Shown: positions 18,206 through 26,752, numbered from the stretch's first letter. The stretch is DNA of 30,116 nt from Planctomycetota bacterium (GCA_045863855.1 BTVV01000074.1:1-30116), one strand, 5' to 3'. Notes: a model not told the origin generated them from the sequence alone. Numbers and translations: made by a program.

Positions 18206-19015
18206 TTACTCGCCGTCGTCCACGTCGCCTTCGAGCGGGACTTGGAAGCGTTCGATGCTCTCGGCTTTTCCGCTTTCGACGTTGATGCGCAGGACGACAC
18301 CGCAGGCGAGCTCGTGGCCTTCGACGACTTCGAATCGCGCGGGTACTCCGGTGGTGAGGCGGTGCAGGACGGCTTCGGCGGAGCGTCCGATGACGGAGTC
18401 GTAGGGGCCGCTCATACCCAAATCGGTGAGGTAAGCCATACCGCGCGGGAGGATGCGTTCGTCGGCGGTCTGGATGTGCGTGTGGGTACCGACCATGGCG
18501 GAGGCGCGTCCGTCGAGGTGCCAGCCCATGGCGGTCTTTTCGCTGGTCGCTTCGGCGTGGAAGTCGACGAGGATAACGCGGGTCTTGGAGCCGATCTCGT
18601 GGATGACGCGGTCCATGGCGAGGAAAGGGCATTCGAGCGCTTCCATGAAGATGCGCCCCATGACGTTGACGATGGCGATCTGGAATCCGCCGCGGGTTTC
18701 GTAGAGCCCCCAGCCGCGGCCGGGCGCGGTGGAGGGGTAGTTCGCGGGGCGGAGCACGCGGGTGTCGTTGACGACGCCGACGTATTCCTTGTTGCGGAAG
18801 AAGTGGTCGCCGCTGGTGAGCGCTTCGACACCGTAGCTGGTGAGCTTATGAAGCGTGCCGGCGGTGATGCCGCTGCCGCCGGCGGAGTTTTCGCCGTTGG
18901 CGACGATGAAGTCGGGGTCGTATTTGGCCTTGAGCTTCGGTATGGCGTGGCAGACGGCTTTGCGTCCCGGACGTCCGACGACGTCTCCGAAAAAGAGCAC
19001 GGTCACGGTGGACAA
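18206..19015 (-). CDS. ymdB: YmdB/TIGR00282-family metallophosphoesterase (2',3'-cyclic nucleotide phosphodiesterase)
   Basis: Motifs GDVVGRPGR, ANGENSAGGSGIT, LRPANYP, DFHAEATSEK, GTHTHIQTADERIL, TDLGMSGPYDSVIG. Confidence 0.93.
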   Translation of the reverse strand: MSTVTVLFFGDVVGRPGRKAVCHAIPKLKAKYDPDFIVANGENSAGGSGITAGTLHKLTSYGVEALTSGDHFFRNKEYVGVVNDTRVLRPANYPSTAPGRGWGLYETRGGFQIAIVNVMGRIFMEALECPFLAMDRVIHEIGSKTRVILVDFHAEATSEKTAMGWHLDGRASAMVGTHTHIQTADERILPRGMAYLTDLGMSGPYDSVIGRSAEAVLHRLTTGVPARFEVVEGHELACGVVLRINVESGKAESIERFQVPLEGDVDDGE

Positions 19016-19169
19016 CGGACGGCCTTTCTAAGCGGCCGCAAAGAGTCGGCGCCGGCCGCGGCGCGCGCTCTATTGTGCCGATTGGAGGCGAGCGCGCAAG
19101 CGTCAGGGCCGAGCGCATGGTCCTGCGAAGGCGCTGGCAAACTCGAAGGGCTCCGAGAAGATCGGGCGC

Positions 19170-19970
19170 ATGAATTGCGTTTTACCCTCGATGCTGTGCG
19201 TCTTAGGCCTCGCGGCGATTTGCGCGGCGGGCGAAGGAGCCGCGCCCATGAAGCTCGTCATTCTGGCCGGACAGTCGAACGTAGCGGGCTTAGGCAAATC
19301 GGATGAGCTGCCCGAAGCCTTCTCGAAGCCGCCGGCGCTGGTGCGGCTCTTCGAAAATGGCGCTTGGCGTGCGTTGGCGTATGGCCCCAAGATCGGCCCG
19401 GAGGTGGGCGCGGGGTTCGCGCTGGCGGCGGCATGGCCGCAACGCGAGATCGGACTGCTCAAGGTGGCCGCAGGAGGCACCTCGCTGCTCGATTGGTGGC
19501 CGGAAGGCGCGCCAAGGCCGGAAGGCGCCGCGCCTCAACAAGGCAAAGGTCTGTACGCGAAGCTGCTCGCGGAATTCGAAGCCGCCACGAAAGACCGGCC
19601 GTTCGAACTGGTGGCGTTTTTCTGGGGCCAAGGGCTGGCCGACGCGAAGGCCGGACTGGGACCGACGCGCGAAAAAAACATCACGCTTTTCATCGAGCGT
19701 CTGCGCAAGGACCTGGGCAAGCCGGATCTGCCCTTCGTCTTCAGCCAGATGCCGCAGGTGCTGGAATCGAAGCATCCCGACGTCAAGCTGATTCGTGCGG
19801 GCAACGAGGCGATCGCGCGGAAGGTCGCGGGCGCCGCCCTGTTTTCCACCGACGGCATCGAACTGCTGCCCGATGGCGTGCACTACACCACCGCCGGGCA
19901 GCTTCAATACGGCGCTCGCATGGCCGAGGCGCTGCTGAAGGCCGCCGGACCTGCCGCCCCCGGGAAGTAG
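19170..19970 (+). CDS. Secreted SGNH acetylesterase (SASA / CE6-like), second paralogue
   Basis: Signal peptide. Motifs LAGQSNV, GPEVG, GGTSL, WGQGLAD (variant of QGESD), DGVHY. Confidence 0.87.
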   Translation: MNCVLPSMLCVLGLAAICAAGEGAAPMKLVILAGQSNVAGLGKSDELPEAFSKPPALVRLFENGAWRALAYGPKIGPEVGAGFALAAAWPQREIGLLKVAAGGTSLLDWWPEGAPRPEGAAPQQGKGLYAKLLAEFEAATKDRPFELVAFFWGQGLADAKAGLGPTREKNITLFIERLRKDLGKPDLPFVFSQMPQVLESKHPDVKLIRAGNEAIARKVAGAALFSTDGIELLPDGVHYTTAGQLQYGARMAEALLKAAGPAAPGK

Positions 19971-20049
19971 TACCGGCGCTTGGAACCGGTTAAGCTGACT
20001 GTTCGAACGCGGCGGGCGCAAGCGCGCAGGGCCGCCGAGGGCTGCGCCG

Positions 20050-20376
20050 ATGTCCACTCCCAACGCTCCGGACCTTGTCTTCCAGACCGATTCGTTCGCT
20101 GCGTTCTGGGAGATCTTCAAATTCCGGCAGCCGGAGCTTTCGGCGCTGACCAAGGCCTGCGTCGAAGCGCGGCGCGTGCGCATCGCGGACGTAAACGGGC
20201 GGCAGATGATCTTCGAGGGGCTGGGCTGGGAGCACGCGGAGATCGCCGAGGTGCTGAAGGCCGCGGGCGCGGCGTTCAATCCGCAGTACGTGCGCAAGCC
20301 CCCCGCCGACGGAAGCACGGAGAAGGAGTACAAGCTTTCCGTGCGCTATCCGTGGGCGCAGGACCGGGTGATGTAA
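20050..20376 (+). CDS. Hypothetical protein (108 aa)
   Basis: ATG with upstream GAGGG. Globular composition and strong GC3 bias. Fills the gap between two clear genes. Confidence 0.7.
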   Translation: MSTPNAPDLVFQTDSFAAFWEIFKFRQPELSALTKACVEARRVRIADVNGRQMIFEGLGWEHAEIAEVLKAAGAAFNPQYVRKPPADGSTEKEYKLSVRYPWAQDRVM

Positions 20377-20422
20377 CTTCCGCCGGCAGGCTTCGCGGCC
20401 TTCTTTCCGAGCCCGAACTGAA

Positions 20423-21985
20423 TTACTTGGCCGCGGGCGCCGCCGGGGGCTTGGCGGCGGCGGTCTGTATGGACGGCGCGGGTTCGGGCGTCCAGGCCAG
20501 CTTGCCGCAGCGAATTGTCAGATCCTGCATCTGGGGCAGCTTTTCGCTTTCGGGCAGATCGGCCTCGAAGACGAAGGGAAGAGCGACGGCGGTTTGCTCG
20601 ATGATTTTCACTTCGCCGTCCCACTTGGGCGCTTCCTTGTAGCGGTAGATGACGGTCAATGGCGCCGCTTTCGGGTCCGCGCTGGCGGCGGCGGTGAGGG
20701 TCACCTTGTTCTTGCCGGGCATGAGGTGCGGTGCGGCCATGGCGTTATGGGAGAAGATCGTCTGCAGCAGGATTTTATGCAGCACGGCCTTGCCCTTGAG
20801 CGCTAGCTTGACCTGATAGTCGTGCCGGCCGGTGGTCGCTTTGGCCACGTCCTTGTCGAAGACGCCTTTGTACTCCTTTTTCCCCGCGTCCTTGCCGGCC
20901 AGTACGGGCGCCCAGACTTTGCCGTTGTCCACCGAGACGAAGGCCTCGACGGCATCGCCCTCGTCCACGCAGGTGGCTTCGAAGGCCAGAGCGCCGCCGG
21001 TGATGTAGAACGAGCATTTCACGGGGAAGATCCATTCGCCTTCGCCGGATAAGCCCGCTGCGCCGTGCTGGATGCCGCGCGCGGAGATCATGCCGTCCGC
21101 GTGGTCGCCGAGTTCCAGTTGAGGCGAGTAGTTGATGCGCCCGTTGGCATAGTGGCGGAAGCTGTTGGAAACGCCGCTCCAATTCTTGATCAGGTAGGGT
21201 TCCCAGAACTTAAAGAGGAACGGTTCGGCGTCGCGGTCCTTGCCTCCGCAGGTGTGCATCGGTCCGGCCTGCTTTCCGCTGAACGATCCCGGCAACGGTT
21301 TGCCTTCGGGCCACCACGAGCGCACGATCTCTTCGCCTTTGCGCAATCCGTAAGCCTTGACGTTCCAGGCGCTTTTGGCGGGCTCATAGGCCAGCACCTT
21401 GAAGCCGCCGGCGAAGGCCATGGGATCGTCGCCGCAGTGGCACAGGCCCGGCGCCGCGCGCTTTTCGGCGACGGCATCCTTGACCAGCGACGGATCCTTC
21501 TGCAATTCTTCGAAGGAGGCGATGTGCGGCTTATCGCCCCGGGTGTACACGTAAAAATTGGACATGGTATCGAAGCCGTGCCAGGCGCCGTCGTAAAAGG
21601 CTTCGTAGAAGGTGTGCGATCCGTCGGTGTGGCAGACGACGCGCGCTTTCAGCCCCGCGGCTTCGAGGAGCCCCTTCATGCAGGTTCCTTGCGAACCGCA
21701 AAGCGTGTTGCCCATCACGTTCAAGGTCTTGAGCGGGATACGGGACTCGGGCAGATTCTTGTAGTGGAAGACGCGCTGGCGGAAAAAGTGATACAACGCC
21801 AAGGCTTTCTGTTCGTCGGTCATCTCCGGCTTGATGACATCCCGAACGATGGTCTCCAGGCTGGAACAGTCCACGGTCCGGTCGGTCGTGACCCACGGTT
21901 CGGCTACTTCGGCGCCGGCGCGCGGGGCCGTCACGGCGCCCATCACGAGCCCCAACACGAATCCGGCCAACCGAATCGAGCGCAT
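20423..21985 (-). CDS. Secreted transglutaminase-like (Cys-His-Asp) protein with C-terminal beta domains
   Basis: AGGAGG RBS. Signal peptide. MTDEQKALALYHF, then triad motifs TLCGSQG, SHTFYEAFYDGAWHGFDT. Confidence 0.8.
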   Translation of the reverse strand: MRSIRLAGFVLGLVMGAVTAPRAGAEVAEPWVTTDRTVDCSSLETIVRDVIKPEMTDEQKALALYHFFRQRVFHYKNLPESRIPLKTLNVMGNTLCGSQGTCMKGLLEAAGLKARVVCHTDGSHTFYEAFYDGAWHGFDTMSNFYVYTRGDKPHIASFEELQKDPSLVKDAVAEKRAAPGLCHCGDDPMAFAGGFKVLAYEPAKSAWNVKAYGLRKGEEIVRSWWPEGKPLPGSFSGKQAGPMHTCGGKDRDAEPFLFKFWEPYLIKNWSGVSNSFRHYANGRINYSPQLELGDHADGMISARGIQHGAAGLSGEGEWIFPVKCSFYITGGALAFEATCVDEGDAVEAFVSVDNGKVWAPVLAGKDAGKKEYKGVFDKDVAKATTGRHDYQVKLALKGKAVLHKILLQTIFSHNAMAAPHLMPGKNKVTLTAAASADPKAAPLTVIYRYKEAPKWDGEVKIIEQTAVALPFVFEADLPESEKLPQMQDLTIRCGKLAWTPEPAPSIQTAAAKPPAAPAAK

Positions 21986-22084
21986 GCGGACCTCCTAAAG
22001 AAGGCAAGAAACGAGTGCGCCGCCGGTGATGCCCGGCGCCATCCTTGTATACGCCGGCGCCGGACGCTCGAATGCGCGGTTTTT

Positions 22085-22107
22085 TTATCTGTCCTTATCT
22101 GTATTCT
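22085..22107 (+). promoter_or_regulatory. Direct-repeat operator candidate overlapping a -10 box in a divergent promoter region
   Basis: TTATCTGT at 22085-22092 and 22095-22102 (10-bp period). TATTCT at 22102-22107, 6 nt before ATG 22114. Confidence 0.5.
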
Positions 22108-22113
22108 ATATTC

Positions 22114-23277
22114 ATGGGCACGACCTCCCGCGCTACCCAAGCGCCCGCCGACGGCGTCCGGCCCCAGCCCCCACGCGGGCGGCCGGTATCGGCGAAAGCG
22201 GCTTGGCGGCGCCTGGCCGCGCTGCTGCGCCGGCGGCTGTCGGACGGGACTTGGCCGGCAGGCACGGTGCTGCCGTCGGTGCGGGCGCTGGCGCGGGAGT
22301 TCGGTACCGGAAAGCAGGCGGCGGCGCTGGCCGTTCGAGCGCTTCAGCAAGAAGGCCGGATCGGCGGGCAGGAGCGCCGGCGGCTGATCGCCCTGCAGCC
22401 CGAAGATGCTTGCACGCTGACCGGGAAGCTGGTGCTGCTGGCATCCGGAAACCCGCTGGGTCTGCAGCACGAGGATGGCTGGGCCAGCGAGATCTACCGC
22501 GGGATCTTCAACGCCGCGGGGCGCAGCGGCACTCCGCTGATCGTCGCGCACGGCGTGGATCTGCGCACCCGGCTGCCGCTGGAACTGGAAGAGCTTCCGC
22601 TGCAAGGCGTGCTGCTTTTCGGGCAGATGCGCATCCCGCTGCTGCGGCGCTACGCGCAGCTGGGCATCCCGGTGGTGCTGGTGGACCGTCCGCTCGAGAA
22701 CGTACGCATCCACAGCGTGAGCCTGGATAACGTCCACGCGGCGGCCGACGCCACCGCGCGCCTGATCGCGCTGGGGCACCGCCGCATTGCGTTCCTGCGT
22801 TTCATTCAGATGGGCCTGCTGGACGTGGACGCCGATGCGAAGGAACGGCAACGCGGTTATCAGCGCGCGTTGCGGGAAGCGGGGCTGGAAGCCCGGCCGC
22901 CACGGCAATCGAAGGCCGAGGAGCAAGGCACGGTCTTTAACATCTTCCCCACCGACCGCCCCGGGGCATGCCCGGGCATCGATGCGCTGCTGGCCGCGCG
23001 CCCGCGCTTCAGCGCCGTGGTCTGCTACAGCACCGCGCCGATCCCGCTGCTGCGGCATGCGGCGGAACGGGCAAACGTCAAGCTCCCGCGCGATCTGAGC
23101 GTCGTGGCGTTCCAGGCCGCGTGGAATGCCGATCCGTTCTTCGCCGGCCCGCGCGCGGATTTCGAGCGGCTTGGCCGCAAGGCGCTCGAACTGCTGCAAG
23201 CGCCGAGGCGCCCTGTGCAGCAGCTCCGGCATCCGACCGTCTGGCACGACGGCCCTTCGATCGCTCCGCCGGGGTAG
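22114..23277 (+). CDS. GntR-HTH + LacI-type sugar-binding domain regulator (AraR-like architecture)
   Basis: N-terminal WPAGTVLPSVRALAREFGT..AVRALQQEGRI. C-terminal GIPVVLVDR, VSLDNVHAA..LIALGHRRIAF, ERQRGYQRAL, LPRDLSVVAF. Confidence 0.88.
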   Translation: MGTTSRATQAPADGVRPQPPRGRPVSAKAAWRRLAALLRRRLSDGTWPAGTVLPSVRALAREFGTGKQAAALAVRALQQEGRIGGQERRRLIALQPEDACTLTGKLVLLASGNPLGLQHEDGWASEIYRGIFNAAGRSGTPLIVAHGVDLRTRLPLELEELPLQGVLLFGQMRIPLLRRYAQLGIPVVLVDRPLENVRIHSVSLDNVHAAADATARLIALGHRRIAFLRFIQMGLLDVDADAKERQRGYQRALREAGLEARPPRQSKAEEQGTVFNIFPTDRPGACPGIDALLAARPRFSAVVCYSTAPIPLLRHAAERANVKLPRDLSVVAFQAAWNADPFFAGPRADFERLGRKALELLQAPRRPVQQLRHPTVWHDGPSIAPPG

Positions 23278-23328
23278 AACCGCCTCCCCATCGGCGCATG
23301 GACGTGGTTCACGGCACGCCTAAACAAT

Positions 23329-23364
23329 AAAAAAGCGCGCGACCCACCGGAGTGGACCGCGCGC
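23329..23364 (-). terminator. Rho-independent terminator of the sugar-phosphate isomerase gene
   Basis: Minus strand GCGCGCGGUCCAC-UCCG-GUGGGUCGCGCGC (13-bp stem with two G-U pairs) followed by UUUUUU. Confidence 0.85.
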
Positions 23365-23387
23365 CGTGGTCGAGTTCCGAAACCGGA

Positions 23388-24233
23388 TCAGAGGCCGGCT
23401 TGGGCGTAAGCCTTGTCGAGCGCGTCCTTGGTGGCTTTGACGGCGTCGCGGACGTTCATCTCTCGGACCTTCTGGTTAAAGGGTTCGACGGTGACGGGTC
23501 CGTCGTAGCCGATCTTCTTGAGCGCCTTGAGGAATCCGGCGATGTCGATCACGCCAGTGGCGGCAGGAAGTTCGCGGATGTTGTCGAGGAGTTCGTCGGT
23601 GGCGGGACTTTTGGGCGCGTCGTTGAGGTGCACGTAAACGACGTCGCTCTTATCGAGCTGCTCCAGGTCCGTCACGGTGCTCTTGGCGGTATGCCAGTGC
23701 CAGCAATCAAGGAGCAGTCCGGCGTTCTCGCCGATGAAAGCGCAGGCCGTGCGCATGCCGTCCATCGTATGCAGGAAGCCGTAGGGCTTGCCCTTGCGCA
23801 AGGTATGCGGCCCGATGAATTCGAGCCCGACGGAGATGCCGTAGGATTCGCAGATGGCCGCGGCGGGCTTGATGCGCTCGACGAAGCGTTCCAGGCTCTG
23901 GCGGAAGGAGTAGATCGTGGACCACGACGGCACCCAGGTGGCGCAGCGAGTGCAGCCGATCTCGGCGGCGATTTCGCAGTCTTGCGCGAGGCGGCCCATG
24001 CTCTGCGCCCAGGCCTTCTCGGTATCGGCTTCGCGGAAGGCGATGCCGAAACCGAAGCTTCCGGCCTTGAGTCCGTGGTCGGCGAGGAGTTTGCGCGTAT
24101 GCGCCGCGCCTTTTTCCTTCGCGTAGCCCAAGTCGAGGTCCACACCGCCGAATCCGAATTCGCGCGCCAGCGCCACTTGATCTTCGAAGCCGGCCTTTTG
24201 GCCAATGGCTCCGCAATTGAGGTTCTGGAACAT
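23388..24233 (-). CDS. Sugar phosphate isomerase/epimerase (xylose-isomerase-like TIM barrel, AP_endonuc_2)
   Basis: Metal motifs VGLEFIG, GLLLDCWHW, VHLNDAP, RELPAATGVID, GYDGPVTVEPF. RBS GGAG. Confidence 0.9.
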   Translation of the reverse strand: MFQNLNCGAIGQKAGFEDQVALAREFGFGGVDLDLGYAKEKGAAHTRKLLADHGLKAGSFGFGIAFREADTEKAWAQSMGRLAQDCEIAAEIGCTRCATWVPSWSTIYSFRQSLERFVERIKPAAAICESYGISVGLEFIGPHTLRKGKPYGFLHTMDGMRTACAFIGENAGLLLDCWHWHTAKSTVTDLEQLDKSDVVYVHLNDAPKSPATDELLDNIRELPAATGVIDIAGFLKALKKIGYDGPVTVEPFNQKVREMNVRDAVKATKDALDKAYAQAGL

Positions 24234-24382
24234 GCTTAAGCTCCCTGGGTTCTGGTGGAAGTACGGTCTTCCGGTTTCCTCAACGGCTTACCGGTTCGGG
24301 CGCGAAAGGGAAGTGCGATTTAGCGCGGAGGCGGGCAAGTCGCGGAGAAGGGCAACGGCAAAGATCGAAAGAGGGATGGCCT

Positions 24383-24434
24383 GCGGGCGAGACGCCCGCG
24401 ATACCTAAAGGCGGGCGGGACGTTCGCGATACCT
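24383..24434. repeat. Two tandem REP-like units
   Basis: GCGGGCGAGACGCCCGCGATACCT (24383-24406) and GCGGGCGGGACGTTCGCGATACCT (24411-24434). Confidence 0.7.
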
Positions 24435-24435
24435 G

Positions 24436-24467
24436 AAACCGGCGGGACGCTCGAGGCGTCCCGCCGG
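24436..24467 (-). terminator. Strong hairpin downstream of rny, possible terminator
   Basis: 12-bp perfect stem CCGGCGGGACGC (24439-24450)/GCGTCCCGCCGG (24456-24467). Only UUU follows on the minus strand. Confidence 0.5.
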
Positions 24468-24507
24468 GATCGGTGGTCTCTGCGTACTCCGCGCCTCCGC
24501 GGTGAAA

Positions 24508-26067
24508 CTATCGGGCGTACTCGATAAAGCGCGATTCTCGGATCATGGTGACCTTGACTTCGCCGGGGTAGCTGAGTTCGCTCTCGATCTGCTTGGCGAT
24601 GGCGCGCGCGGCGGCGTGGCAGGCCTTATCGTCAAGTTCGTCGGCTTTGGCGAGGACGCGGACTTCGCGGCCGGCCTGGATGGCGAAGGCTTTCTCGACG
24701 CCCTGGCGCTGGGTGGCGATTTCCTCGAGCTTCTTCATGCGCTGGATGTACTTCTCGAGGCTCTCGCGCCGCGCACCGGGCCGCGCGGCGCTGATGGCGT
24801 CGGAGACCTGGACGAGAATCGGGTAGAGGCTGTGGATCTCGATATCGCCGTGGTGCCCGCCGATGGCTTCCCAGACTTCGGTGCGTTCGCCCACTTCCTT
24901 GGCGATGTCCATGCCGATCTGCGGGTGGGTGCCTTCCATCTCCTGGTCGAGCGCCTTGCCGCAGTCGTGGAGCAGGCCGCAGCGCTTGGCGAGCTGGATG
25001 TCGAGCTTCAGTTCGGCGGCCAGGAGCGAGCAGATGTTGGCAACTTCCTTGACGTGGTTGAGGACGTTCTGGCCGTAGCTGGTGCGGTAGCGCAGCCGTC
25101 CCAGGAGGTCGCGCAGGCGCGGGTGCAGATCGTGGCAGCCGTACTCGATGGCAACTTCGCGGCCGGTCTTCTCGATCTGGGCTTCGACTTCTTTCTTGGC
25201 CTTGTCGACGGCTTCCTCGATGCGCGTGGGATGGATGCGGCCGTCGACGACGAGCTTCTCCATGGCCAGGCGGGCGACTTCGCGCCGGACCGGTTCGAAG
25301 CAGCTCAGGACCACCACGCCGGGCGTATCGTCGACGATCACGTCGACGCCGGTGGCTTTCTCGAAGGCGCGGATGTTGCGTCCTTCGCGACCGATGATGC
25401 GGCCCTTCATGTCGTCGTTGGTGAGGTCGATGGTGGCGACGGTATTCTCGGCGACGGTCTCGCTGGCGAGGCGCTGGATGCTGTTAAGGATCATCTTGCG
25501 CGCATCGTTCTCGACGTTTTCCTTGGCTCGGTTGAGGGCGCGGATGGTCAGTTCGTTGGCTTCGACGGCGATATCGGCCTCGACGCGCTGCATGAGCATC
25601 TGCTTGGCCTGTTCGGGCGTCAGCCCGCTGATTTTCTCGAGCTTGTGGCGCTCTTCCTTGTACATCTCTTCAAGTTCGGCGGCGCGCTTGTCGGCCTGTT
25701 CGGCGGCCTGCTTGCGGCGCTGCTCGAGGCGTTCGAGATCCTGTTCCTTGCGTTCGAGCTGCCCGAGCTTCTTGTCGAGCAGATTCTCGCGGCCCTGGAG
25801 GCGCTTCTCGGAGTTGCGAATCTCTTCGGTGGACTCCTTGAACTCCTTCTCCATATCTTTGCGTTGCTTGAGCAGGTTTTCGGTTTCCTCGGCACGCATG
25901 CGGGCAAGCTCGGAGCGGCTTTCGTCGAGCAGGCGCTGCTTGGTGCGTTCGGCTTCCTGGCGGGCTTCGGCGATCAGCTTATCGCGGTTGCCGCGGGCGC
26001 TCATCATGCCGGCGAAACCGCCGACGATCAGACCGGCTATGCCTACTCCTATGGTGACGGGTTCCAT
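24508..26067 (-). CDS. rny: Ribonuclease Y
   Basis: ATG 26067 with AGGGG RBS. N-terminal TM anchor, coiled coil, KH motif MKGRIIGREGRNIRAFE, DGRIHPTRIEE, RYRTSYGQNVL, HD motif GLLHDCGK, DAISAARPGARRE, AIQAGREVRV, YPGEVKVTMIRE. Confidence 0.97.
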   Translation of the reverse strand: MEPVTIGVGIAGLIVGGFAGMMSARGNRDKLIAEARQEAERTKQRLLDESRSELARMRAEETENLLKQRKDMEKEFKESTEEIRNSEKRLQGRENLLDKKLGQLERKEQDLERLEQRRKQAAEQADKRAAELEEMYKEERHKLEKISGLTPEQAKQMLMQRVEADIAVEANELTIRALNRAKENVENDARKMILNSIQRLASETVAENTVATIDLTNDDMKGRIIGREGRNIRAFEKATGVDVIVDDTPGVVVLSCFEPVRREVARLAMEKLVVDGRIHPTRIEEAVDKAKKEVEAQIEKTGREVAIEYGCHDLHPRLRDLLGRLRYRTSYGQNVLNHVKEVANICSLLAAELKLDIQLAKRCGLLHDCGKALDQEMEGTHPQIGMDIAKEVGERTEVWEAIGGHHGDIEIHSLYPILVQVSDAISAARPGARRESLEKYIQRMKKLEEIATQRQGVEKAFAIQAGREVRVLAKADELDDKACHAAARAIAKQIESELSYPGEVKVTMIRESRFIEYAR

Positions 26068-26215
26068 GGTGCATCCCCTTATGGCATCGGCGAACGCCGC
26101 AGACCGGAAGCCGGGGGCGGGTGGAACGGCAAGCTGGGGCGCACCCAAACCGTCGGGGCGCTCACGCGGGCCTTGCCGCAGCCGTGCCTCCGCTGCGCGC
26201 TCGATCGCTTGTAGG

Positions 26216-26746
26216 GTGGGCTTCAGCAGACGGAAACGCCGGGGATGCGGATTCGCTTACGCGAATCCCTTTACACAAGGCGCGAGGACGCACGAGCCAC
26301 GGTTCGCTGTACCGTGGTTTAAGGCCCAACTCCCGGGCATGCGGTCCAACGGGCCCCGCCTGCCCCCAACCGGGGACGCAAAATGCGTCTGGCGTCTGGA
26401 GTTACGATTACAGCCGCCAAGTCCTGACCCTCGGATTAACCGGTACCCCCTGCGGGAAACCGGCCCGGCCCGTTGCCGCGATGCTTATCCGGCGGTCGCT
26501 CAGGACCGCTCCCCGGCCTAACGTGAGACCGCAGTCTCGGGGCCGGGGGGCGACGGATTTCAGGCGCTGTGGCGTTTCATGCCCTGACGCCTTGCACGCT
26601 TTGCATAGGCCGTATTCGTACGGCGCTCGACGATTTAGTCCTTGCTTAAAGCAATGGGGTCACCCACCCCATTCGGCTCCCAAACGAAGCGTTCTCGAGG
26701 CTGCAACAGAGTGCATGTTCATTCACGCACTCTTAATAGCCCACGT
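26216..26746 (-). ncRNA. Candidate large (~530 nt) highly structured non-coding RNA upstream of rny
   Basis: No credible ORF. Strong promoter directly upstream. 5' GUGGGCU (26744-26738) is complementary to 3' AGCCCAC (26222-26216). More than 10 local hairpins and at least two nested long-range helices are visible by eye. Confidence 0.7.
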
Positions 26747-26752
26747 GTACGC

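Noticed and set aside
24383..24467. Mini CRISPR array
   Set aside because: Only two degenerate units with a 4-nt gap, no spacers and no cas genes.
26216..26746. 6S RNA (often found upstream of rny in some taxa)
   Set aside because: 6S is a ~180-200-nt unbranched rod with a central bubble, whereas this region is ~530 nt and multi-branched. A cmsearch with RF00013 is still needed to exclude an embedded 6S-like domain.
26216..26746. RNase P RNA, tmRNA, or group I/II intron
   Set aside because: I found no GAGGAAAGUCC or CGGCUUA P4 strands, no tRNA-Ala-like GGGG..CCACCA ends, no group II domain V, and no ordered group I P/Q/R/S elements. No host gene is interrupted.
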